Positions 53,846-64,000 of a stretch of 64,000 nucleotides of DNA are shown one piece after another. Made by a program: the position numbers and the translations under genes. This DNA comes from Octopus vulgaris (lineage: Eukaryota). The stretch spans positions 18,538,001 to 18,602,000 of the forward strand of contig OX597820.1 of NCBI GenBank assembly GCA_951406725.2, in the 5' to 3' direction. How positions within the stretch are numbered: the first letter of the stretch is position 1; each line of letters begins with the position of its first letter. Under the pieces are notes generated by a model. The model had not been told where the DNA came from, made no database searches, and was given only the letters and a program-made list of their open reading frames with translations.

Positions 53846-53851
<6 letters not shown>
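53673..53851. mobile_element. Penelope-LTR-like inverted-repeat fragment with decayed hammerhead (53697-53738, - strand)
   Basis: aactgt|CTGATGA|ATGggaaGAC|AAA|ACTCtGAGT|A|acagtt. G12 and stem II are damaged. Confidence 0.6.
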
Positions 53852-53914
<63 letters not shown>

Positions 53915-54122
53915 TAATGTGTGTATCTATGTGTGTCTGTATGTATATCATGTATGTAAATGCATACATATGTATGTATGTATGTATATATATATATATA
54001 TATATATACATACATACACACACACATACATATATGTATGCATATATATGTATATATATATGTATGTATATGTATATATATCTATGTATATATATACATA
54101 CATATATGTATGTATGTATATA

Positions 54123-55455
54123 CTAGCAGCATAGCCCGGCATTGCCCGGGTATGTAAGAAACTTTGTCGATAAGCAATGCCCTTTACCTTTTTACCCTTT
54201 TTTGTACTCATTGAACCGTTATTTTGTAAAATGAAGCCTAAAAGGCATTAAGGCATTCAAGGCACCGTTCCCTTGCATGCATGAAGAACATCTATGACAG
54301 TCAAAGTGAATTTTCTGGTTTTCTTTAGCACACCCAGCCCAGTTCTGCGGGATCAGTGTCGCGACGGGAACGCATGGGTTGGGAGTTTGACAGGCAGAGG
54401 TGATAAGGTTGCACATGCCGGCCCTTTTGACACCCCCCCCGAACCCAAGTTGGGTTCGGACCACAGCTAAGCCCTACCTAATCCTAACTTAAGTCTAGCG
54501 AAAGGGGGCTTGGGAGCCTCTAGTAGGCAATGACTAATCCCGATCTAGTCCTTTCCCTCTAGGGAACGAAGGCGCATGTGTAGGTTGCAACGTCTTCTCT
54601 TCACTCCAATACTTCTGTGTATACGATGTTCCTAGCTGAAGCGGCAAAAATCAACTAAATCGCCTGAAATCTGCAAACTATTTAACAAAAGTCAGTTTTG
54701 TAGGGTTCGCATGGTCATTCTCAAAGTGATATGGTTTTGTCAATTTCTCCCAATACTTGTTAACTGCATTGACAAAAGGTCGTTAGTTTGACATTTAATG
54801 CAAACTTGATGTCCAACATCGGTGTAAGGAAAATCTATGTGAATTTTCAAAAATTATCACAGAAAAATCGGTTTGCTATGTGTGCCACATATGATGTAAT
54901 TAACCGATTTTTTCCAGTAATAACGTATCCTATTGGAATCAAAAGGGCCATATAGCTCCTTGGAGCAGACATGATGCTTGCTGTGAATTTCAAAAAAAAT
55001 TCCTGCCAATTTGTTAAAGATTTTGTCGAAAATATGTCATCTTGAATTTGAATACAATTTCCCAAAATGGCATGATTTTATCGATTTTTCTAATGGTAAG
55101 GTATTGCATGGAAAACTAACGTCAGAATTAAGTTCCTTAGGGTAACATTAAGCTTCACCATGAGTTTGGTGAAAATCGATTGCAAGTTGCAAAAACTACA
55201 ACAAAAAATGTGTTGCATATGATAAGCTTAGATTCTTGACCCCATGTCGAATTTATCGATTTTTTTCAGAACTGGGGGAACTTTTCAAAATTTTCGCTGC
55301 ATTAGTTTTGAATTATGACATTGGGCTATGTGTGTGTCAAGTTTCATCAGAATCAGTTGAAAGCCGTGGTCAGTTATAGACAAGGGCTATACCATACCAA
55401 ACCAGCAAACAAACAAAACACATACATTGACCATGTGCAGTCAATAAAATATATA
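54123..55455 (-). mobile_element. Non-autonomous Helitron-like element
   Basis: Minus-strand 3' end CCCGGGCAATGCCGGG hairpin, then 8 nt and CTAG|T. Far end has AAGTTTCATCAGAATC and an (AAAC)n subterminal repeat. Inserted in a TA-rich tract. Confidence 0.75.
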
Positions 55456-55611
55456 TGTGTATGTGGATAGAATTCGATCAGAGGTTGTGTTAACCTCATG
55501 AAAGGATGGTTTCATCGAAAGAAACACTGGTCCAATACCTAGTACTTTGGCGGAATTAATTTCCTTAAACTACTGGGTATATGTATAAAAACATATAGTT
55601 TATATTCATAT

Positions 55612-56003
55612 AAAAGATAAAAAAGAAAATGGAGATTGGGAAGTTAATAATTGTTTATTATAAACAATAATTTAATAATTATCCCTTACAGTTGTTTCAA
55701 GCAATACTCAGTAAATTTAAGTAAATATTAAATTTATATGACCTGTGCATAATATCTTCAGAATGGAAAAAAAATATACATTTGGATGACCATTCAGTCT
55801 GCTATAATGAATCCATAAACACTTATAAAACATCCAAGGGTATCTTTTTTTCCCTCTGAAAATATTATGCTCAGGTGATATAAATTTCATATTTACTTAA
55901 TATAAACTGAGTATTGATTGAAACAGCTGTAAGGTATAATGATAATTTACCGTTAACAATAAACAATTATTAACTTCCCAGTCTCCATTTTCTTTCACTT
56001 TTT
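55612..56003. mobile_element. Palindromic Penelope-LTR-like insert with a hammerhead in each arm (55682-55765 on -, 55851-55936 on +)
   Basis: ~175-bp inverted arms. Consensus of the arms: tccct|CTGAAGA|long stem II ATGCTCAG/CTGAGTAT|GAA|ACAGCTGT|A|aggga. Confidence 0.75.
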
Positions 56004-56658
56004 ATATATATCTATATATGTGTGACAAGCTTCTTTCAGTTTCCATCTATCAATTCCACAGAGCTTCAGTTAACTCAGCATTATATTAGAAGACATTTGC
56101 TCAAAGTGCCGCGAACTAGGACTGACCTATACAGCCATGCCTGGTTCAAAATGTTTATAAAAATCCATTGAGATGAACCAGGAATTGAGATTAATTAGTA
56201 CTCTAATTATAAAACAGTGTTCACTGCATAATTAAGCAATAAAAATTATGTTTCAATCTTCCCAATGTTTCCAGCATCAGAATTAACTAAAGTAAGGTTA
56301 ACTATGGTGATTAAAAAACTATTATTGCTTAGCTAATATTATTCTTTGAGCAAGCAAGCAAGGGAGTTAACTTCAAAAGTTTCAGCATTATTAGCCTTCA
56401 TCAGGGGAAACATACACTTTGCTGTTTATTGCTGGTAATGTAGTAACTAGCTTATTAAATAGAGATGATGGTTAAAAATGATTTAGTGGTGCTAGGAAAT
56501 TAGATTAATTAATAATTTAATCATCAAGAAATTTTGACTGCATAATTAAATCTAGAAATGCTGAGATTCATTATTTCCAGTGTTATCAGCGATGGAAATA
56601 AGTGCAGCAGGAGTGAACGCTCGCTGAATATCACTTACTTACAAACATGATCTTGCAA

Positions 56659-56689
<31 letters not shown>

Positions 56690-56975
56690 CACACATGCAC
56701 AAACACACACATATGTACAAACATACACACATGTGTATACATACAAGCATACAGGCACAGAAGCATATGATATATGCAGGTGTCTTCATATGTGTTTATG
56801 TGTATATATATCTATATATTCATGGATATATATATATATGTGTGCATGCATGTATATATTTATTATTATTATATATATATATATATATAAAAATACATAC
56901 ATACACATATATATATCCATGAATATATATATATATGTGTGTGTATATATATATATATATATATGTATATATGTG

Positions 56976-57037
<62 letters not shown>

Positions 57038-57067
57038 CATACATACATACACATATATATATATCCA

Positions 57068-57150
<83 letters not shown>

Positions 57151-57292
57151 CAAAGTAGCTAGCTGTAAAATCTCCAGGAAGAGATGAGGAGTAGTAACTA
57201 TGTAACTATACTAACAAGGAAAGTCAGTCGCCACATCAAAGTGGCTGTTCCATAGTACTACTAGTTTAACCCTAGGCAGATCTATCTGTCTG

Positions 57293-57339
<47 letters not shown>

Positions 57340-57376
57340 CCCTATCTCTCTGTCTGTCGGTCTATCTATCCGTCCC

Positions 57377-57415
<39 letters not shown>

Positions 57416-57696
57416 GTCCGTCCATATGTCTGTCTGTCTGTCTATATTTTTATCTATCTATCTGTCTATCTGTCCATCTACACCAGAGTAAGCACATAAA
57501 TGTGAAACGAGGTGGAAAAAATAGTACTCGACTACCAGAGGCAGAGTAATATGTACATGTATATTGACAGCAGGACAGTGAACCCCTACCATCCTCTACC
57601 AGACAATAGGATTGCAAACTGACTCAGTCTTCAGTTGCAGACACCTGGTCACCAGAGAGATGCTCAGCCTATTTAGCAGCATACATATGTAATGTG

Positions 57697-57965
57697 GTGA
57701 AGGCATCTGGCTTTGTGGTTAGGGGGGTTACACTCATGATTGCTAGATTATAGGTTCAATTCGCAGACCAGGGGGCATGTTATGTTCTTGAGCAAAACAC
57801 TTCATTTCATGTGGCTCCAGTTCCTCCTTCGATCAGGGGGAATATTGGCTTGTTCACTTAGCCAAAAGGGTGGCTTCATTCAAAGGCTAAAACAATGCAA
57901 AGCGCATTGTGACCAGCGATATGTAACAATATCTGATAGTCTGGTCAGTCACATGATCACATGAT
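57697..57965 (+). mobile_element. tRNA-derived SINE with tail shared with 43588-43700
   Basis: GGTTCAATTC B-box. Tail GCATTGTGACCAGCGATATGTAACAATATCTGATAGTCTGGTCAGTCACATGATCACATG. Confidence 0.75.
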
Positions 57966-58363
57966 ATAATGTGGGTTTCTACAATTCAGCTGAGAAAATT
58001 GCAGGAATACCATATATTTTGAATTTATTGACAATGTTTTCTTTAGACTCAGCAGATCTAAATATCCTCTTTAGTGATTTTGCTTCATAAAAATGAGTTC
58101 TGGAAAAGAGAGATTTGTGTGTCCTATTTTTTTTTGTCCTATTTTAGACATTTGCCTTATTTCACTATGAAGTTGTCATTATCCATTTATCTCTTGCTGG
58201 TTTCAGTCATTGGAGTGCAGCCATGCTGAGACACTGCATCCATGGGTTTAGGTTAGTGATTGTCAACCATTTTTTAATCCTAAAGGACCCCCTTGATTCC
58301 TATTTTTTTACTCTTTTCCAGAACTCATTTTCATGAAGCAAAATCACTAAAGAGGTTATTTAG

Positions 58364-58496
58364 ATACCCTGGTCAAGTGTCTTTCATGTATATATGGTGG
58401 ATTCTCTCATCGAAGACGATGAATGAGGGTTCAGTAAATAAGCTTCAACAATTCTTATATATATATACATACATGAAAGACACTTGACCAGGGTAT
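58364..58496. repeat. 28-bp perfect inverted repeat with a nested hairpin
   Basis: ATACCCTGGTCAAGTGTCTTTCATGTAT / ATACATGAAAGACACTTGACCAGGGTAT. Inner hairpin TCATCG-aaga-CGATGA. Confidence 0.85.
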
Positions 58497-58587
58497 TATA
58501 TTATATGTAATTTTCTAGATGGTGTAATTTAATTATTCATTTTGAATTGATTAAAGGTGGGTTTTTCTAATATTTTATATATATATA

Positions 58588-59003
58588 CAGGCGCAGGAGT
58601 GGCTGTGTGGTAAGTAGCTTGCTTACCAACCACATGGTTCCAGGTTCAGTCCCACTGCGTGGCATCTTGGGAAAGTGTCTTCTGCTATAGCCCTGGGCCG
58701 ACCAATGCCTTGTGAGTGGATTTGGTAGACGGAAACTGAAAGAAGCCCGTCGTATATATGTATATATATATATATAAGTGTGTGTGCATATGTTTGTGTG
58801 TCTGTGTTTGTCCCCCTAGCATTGCTTGACAACCGATGCTGGTGTGTTTACGTCCCCGTCACTTAGCGGTTCGGCAAAAGAGACCAATAGAATAAGTACT
58901 GGGCTTACAAAAGAATAAGTCCCGGGGTCGAGTTGCTCAATTAAAGGCGGTGCTCCAGCATGGCCGCAGTCAAATGACTGAAACAAGTAAAAGAGTAAAA
59001 GAG
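58588..59003 (+). mobile_element. Full-length young SINE family B
   Basis: Complete, with (GTAAAAGA)n tail. Confidence 0.93.
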
Positions 59004-60078
59004 TATATATATATATGATGGGCCTCCACACAGTTTCCATCAACCAAATCTTCTCACAAGGCAATGGTAGAACTGTGGGGCTTTGGTAACTTGACCAAGG
59101 TGGGTACCACACTGTGGGATTGAACCTGAAACAACATAGTCGCAAAGCAAGCTTCTTAACCGCTCAGCCATACCTGCGCCTGTATCCAAAACAGTGTAAA
59201 TAGATCTTGAGATAATATCGTATTCGAGCTGGAGTTTTGAGATGTGGAATTATCAAAAGGTCAGACAAATGACATAACAGATTGTTTTGCTGCAAGCAAT
59301 AGTCAAAGACAGTCTGGAACATCTCTCCACTCGGCTGATGATGAAATTGTAGATTATATGATGTAGTAAATAAATTAAGCAACATGAGAGAATAGACAGA
59401 CAGACAGACAGACTGAGCAGGTGGTTTAAAGGAAAAAAAGAAATAAAGAATCATTGAGGGTTTAAAACTGAAAACCACCATCGTTTTAACGTCCACTTTT
59501 CCATGCTTGTATGGGTCAAGAATTAGTCAAGGTGGCTTTTCTATGACTGACTGGATGCCCTTCCTGTCACCAAACTTCACCTATTCCCAAGTAATCTTTT
59601 ATCTTTTATCTTTTATTTGTTTCAGTTATATGACTGCAGCCATGCTGGAGCATCACCTTGAAGAGTTTCAAACAAACAAATCAATCCAAGGATCTTTTTT
59701 TTTTTCTAAAACCTGGTACTTATTCTATCAGTCTCTTTTTGCCGAAATACTAAATTACAGGGACATAAACACACCAACACTGGCTGTCAAGCGATGGTGG
59801 GGGACAAACACACACACACAAACACACACACATCTATAAATTTAAAGAAAACAGAAAATGGAGAATTACTGATGAGCAACAATTGACTTACATCAATTAT
59901 TATTTATTAATTCAATACAAATAGACTGTATTTGGTCAGCCTGAGGCTATAGTAGAAGACATTTTCCCAAGGTGCCACACAGTGGGACTAAAGCCTGAAC
60001 CATGTGGGATTTCCACTTATTTCTTTTTTATTTTCCTAAAATTTTCGTTACGTCTTGCAACCTTTTCAATAATCTTGA

Positions 60079-60115
60079 CTATTGAAAAGGTTGCAAGATG
60101 CAACGAAAAGTTTAG
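60079..60115 (+). ncRNA. Minimal hammerhead-like motif, U3-A8 core variant, in palindromic insert 60009-60212
   Basis: cta|TTGAAAA|G|GTTGC-aagat-GCAAC|GAA|AAGT (AATT in the mirror arm)|T|tag. IR arms 60009-60071 / 60080-60144. Related copy at 62365-62465. Confidence 0.55.
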
Positions 60116-60443
60116 GAAAATAAAAATAAGAGATAAGTGGAAATTTTACCGGTGAGTGTGTTAAATTATAAGGCACAAAAAGAAAATGACTCTCCCCAGA
60201 CACAACAGAATACATACATATATATATATATAGGCATGGCTGTGTGGTTAGGGAGCTTGCTTCCTAGCTACATGGTTTCGGGTTCAGTCCCACTGCGTGG
60301 CACTTTGGGTAGGTGTCTTCTGCTATACCCCCCCCCCCCCGAGCCGACCGGAGCTTTGTGATTGAATTCGGTAGGCGGGAGTTACTGCCGTGTGTGTATG
60401 TGTGCGTATAGCTGCTCAGTGCCTCTCCAAAAGAGAGAGAGGG

Positions 60444-60554
<111 letters not shown>

Positions 60555-62549
60555 GGACTGGCTTCTTTCACTTTCCATACAGCCACAGAAGAAGACACTT
60601 ACCTGCCCAAGGTGCTCCACAGTAGGACTGGACCCTAAACCATTTGCTCAGGAAGCAAACATCTTACCATGCAGCCATGCTTGCTCCTACCTGATGATAT
60701 CATTTGAGAAGAGGCTTAGGCTGAAGGTGAAAGAGAAAACAGAAAGCAAATTTTCCATTGTTTTAACTCTTGCACCACACCTCAAACCAATGAAAGTTAT
60801 TATGGATTATAAAGCAAAGCAATCTTAATTATCATTGGTTCAGTCCATTAGATAGAATACATGTAATGTGAGATGGTCCAGGCCATCACTGCAAGTGGCA
60901 GAAATTCTGTATAATTAATTCATTGATGATGTTTGACTGCAGGACTGAGAATTGCTGCGTACATCAGACTAGAATGAAAAATATTGATTTCTGAAAGATC
61001 CCAAATTGATCTGTTTCGTTTTGTAACGAGAGAGAAATAACGGAAACATGCATGCACACAAGCACACACATACACACACACATGTACACATGCTCAAACG
61101 TGGCAGTTGATTAAAGAAGTGAGTCATGGGGGGGCTTTTTGTTTAGCCTTGCAAGCAATAAGGCAACCCTACTGGTGTTGGTGCAATGAAGAGAGCACCC
61201 AGTGCATTCTGTAAAGTGGCTGCTGAATTAATCAGTGACAATGAGAGCTGGGAGAATTCTTTGGTCTTAATAAGGGGAAAACAATCTCTATTATGCTGGT
61301 GTTTATGAAAATATGCACCCTGTGTGCTCTGGAAAAGCGCGAGGCAAATTCAACGTATAGAGTTTGAATTAAAGATACTTAGGCTCACAATTAGCATTTA
61401 AAAATTTACGTGTGTGTGTGAGAGAGAGAGTATGTGGGGGAGGGGGGAGAGAGAGAGTGTGCGTGTGTGCGAGAGAGAGAGTGAGTGTGTGTGTGTATGC
61501 ATGTGTGGGAAAGTGTGTGTGTATGTGTGTGTGCATGTGTATGTGTGCATGCATGCATATGTGTGTAAGAGAGAGAAAAGTGTGTGTGTGTGAGTGTGTA
61601 TGTGCATGCATGCATGTGTAAGAGAGGGTGTTGCGTGTGTATGCATGTGTGTGAGAGTGTGTGTGCATGTGTGCATGCATGCATGTGTGAGAGAGAGAGT
61701 GAGTGTGTGTATGTATGCATGCATGCATGTGTGAGAGTGTGTGTATGTATGCATGCATGCATGAGAGACAGAGTGAGTGTGTGTGTGTATGCATGTGTGT
61801 GAGAGTGTGGGTGTGTGAGTGTGTGTGCATGCGTGCACGTGTGTGTGTGTGAGAGAGAGTGTGTGTGCATGTGTGTATGCATGTGTACATGTGTGTGTGA
61901 GAGAGAGAGTGTGTGTGCATGTGTGTGTGTGAGAGAGTGTGTGTGCATGTGTGTATGCATGTGTACATGTGTGTGTGAGAGAGAGAGTGTGTGTGTGAGA
62001 GAGTGTGTGTGCATGTGTGTATGCATGTGTGTGTGTGAGAGAGTGTACATGTGTGTATGCATGTGTACGTGTGAGAGACAGAGAGTGTGTGTGTGTGCAT
62101 GTGTGTATATGTGTGTGTGAGAGAGAGAGAGAGAATGTGTGTGTGTGAGAGGGAGAGGGAGAGAGAGAACGTGTGTGTGTGCACATGCATGCATGTATGT
62201 GTATAAGAGAGAGAGAGAGTGTGTATTTGTATGTGTGCACATGTGCGCATGTGGGCATGTTCCCATTATTTCCCTCTCACTAAAGTAAATTTCTTCCTTT
62301 CATCACACTTTAATCTCTAATCTTTCAGTCATGGAAACATTTCAGTCTTGCAAGTTACCAAGTTTTGAAAATAAAAATAAGAAATAAGTGGAAATTTTTT
62401 CCGGTGAGTGTGTTAAATAATAAGGCACAAAAAGAAAATGACTCTCCCCAGACACAACAGAATATCCTTCAACACACGAACTCATATAAAGAATCTTGCA
62501 AACCAAATCCAAAAACGAAACCTGTAAGTTGTTTGGCAAATTAAGCAGT

Positions 62550-62910
62550 GAGAATGCAGGGTTAAGAGGACATTTTAGTCTTGCTGAGGGTAACACAACC
62601 TCTGTAGTGCTGGTGCCATATATGAAAAGCTCTGTAAATTCTATAAAATGATTGATGCGAGAAAGGGTATTCAGCCATAGATGCTAAACCAAAATTAAGA
62701 CATTGGAACAAGACATGGTCCTTGGACATTGAGAATACAGGGTTAAGAGAATATTTTAGTCTTGTTGAGGGTAATACAACCTCTGTAGTGCTGGTGCCAT
62801 AAATGAAAAGCTCTGTAAATTCTATAAAACGATTGATGCGAGTAAGGGCATTCAGCCATAGATGCTAAACCAAAATTAAGACATTGGAACAAGACATGGT
62901 CCTTGGACAT
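62550..62910. repeat. ~181-bp direct tandem duplication, partly SINE-D derived
   Basis: GAGAAT.CAGGGTTAAGAG...GTCCTTGGACAT occurs twice. Confidence 0.9.
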
Positions 62911-63235
62911 GTCGGATCTTGTAGAACCATCCAATTTATGCAAGCATAGAAAGGGAACATAATCATGGCGATTCACTATTGGTCTCTCTTTCGTCAGTTT
63001 GAAACTTTATAATGCATAAACTGTGTGTGTTTGTAGTTAAATGTAACAGCAGCAGTAACAGACAAGAAGTACACACCAAGTAGTAAAACAATAAACCTGA
63101 GGAAAGTTATGCTGCTTTGTATTTGGAGAAAAAGTAGTGGTCTTATTGCTTTGGTTGCAAGCAGGGAGACATGCGGATAAAAGAAGTTGAGGAAGAATTA
63201 CAGAGAATGGGAGCTGTACAATGAAGTTTTTTTTT

Positions 63236-63542
63236 TTTCTATGCGCCCTTTTCAAGCCTAGCCAGGCTCATGGACCCGGTTTCCTGGTTTCTGTGGTATA
63301 TGTGTTCCCCTCAGCTGGATGGGACACCAGTCCATCGCAGCGTTACTCAAGAAACAGGAAGAAAGAGTGAGAGAAAGTTGGGGCAACAGAGTAAAACAGG
63401 GGTCGCCACTACCCCCTGCCAGAGCCTCGTGGAGCTTTTAGGTGTTTTCGCTCAAAAACACACAACGCCTGGTCTGGGAATCGAAACTGCGATCCTCTGA
63501 CTGCGAGCCTGCTGCCCTAACGACTGGGCCATTGTGCCTTCA
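63236..63542 (-). mobile_element. Family-C SINE head with alternative tail 3
   Basis: Head and body match ~28712-28903. Tail CCCTTTTCAAGCCTAGCCAGGCTCATGGACCCGG.. is unrelated to the other two tails. Confidence 0.85.
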
Positions 63543-64000
63543 CACAATGAGGAAGTACTGTATGAATAAAATTTGTGTGAAACCCTGGTCAGTTGAATTG
63601 GTGCACAAACAAAGATGTGGAGACAGGGGAGTAATAAGTAGTTGTTGGCAAGAAAGTTGAAAGCAATGGCAAAAAAAAAGGTCAGTTGAATTGGCGTACA
63701 CATAAGCAAGGTGGATTCAAAAGTGGGGGAGAGTAGGTGATGGCAGCAATGTTGATATCAATGAAAACATAAGGTGCAGGGGGAGAAATAGGGGCATATA
63801 AACGCTGATAAGAATGTTAAGAATGATGAAAATTAAAAATAACATGTAAGAGAAAAATTTAATCTAAGAAATTGAATTGACTGGTTTTTAAGCAAGCAAA
63901 ACATGCAGAGAAATGGAGAGAGAAAGAAGAATAGTTGAACATCTTAAAGCAAGCATTATTTCTTAGAATTCCGTGAGTTTTCCATTTGTAAATTATTGAA

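Noticed and set aside
55488-55530. CTCATGAAAGGATGGTTTCATCGAAA hammerhead-like motif
   Set aside because: G5 is mutated and there is no stem I or III support.

Overview
Eukaryotic, AT-rich, repeat-saturated non-coding window. The tRNA-derived SINE families and microsatellite load look like an Octopus (coleoid cephalopod) genome; this is an inference from remembered family sequences, not a search. I found no intact host gene, rRNA, tRNA gene or true CRISPR. Almost all ORF-track entries are microsatellite or SINE artefacts. The real coding remnants are transposon-derived: R4/Dong-type restriction-like-endonuclease LINE 3' ends sitting in (TAA)n and (TACA)n tracts, RTE-type LINE fragments, and three decayed mariner transposases (one Hsmar1-like). 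The window also holds hAT-like, piggyBac-like and 8-bp-TSD MITEs, a non-autonomous Helitron, and four SINE families that nest and swap tails. The most notable signal is a set of short, mostly palindromic Penelope-LTR-like inserts from five sequence-unrelated families, each carrying a minimal type-I hammerhead-ribozyme fold. Two have cores with compensatory swaps of the C3-G8 tertiary pair (G3-C8 at ~3.0 kb, U3-A8 at ~60.1 kb). Also notable is a CRISPR-looking 19-unit array whose conserved core is a TTCCTGGAA (STAT/GAS-type) palindrome. Coordinates were counted by hand, so repeat edges are approximate.
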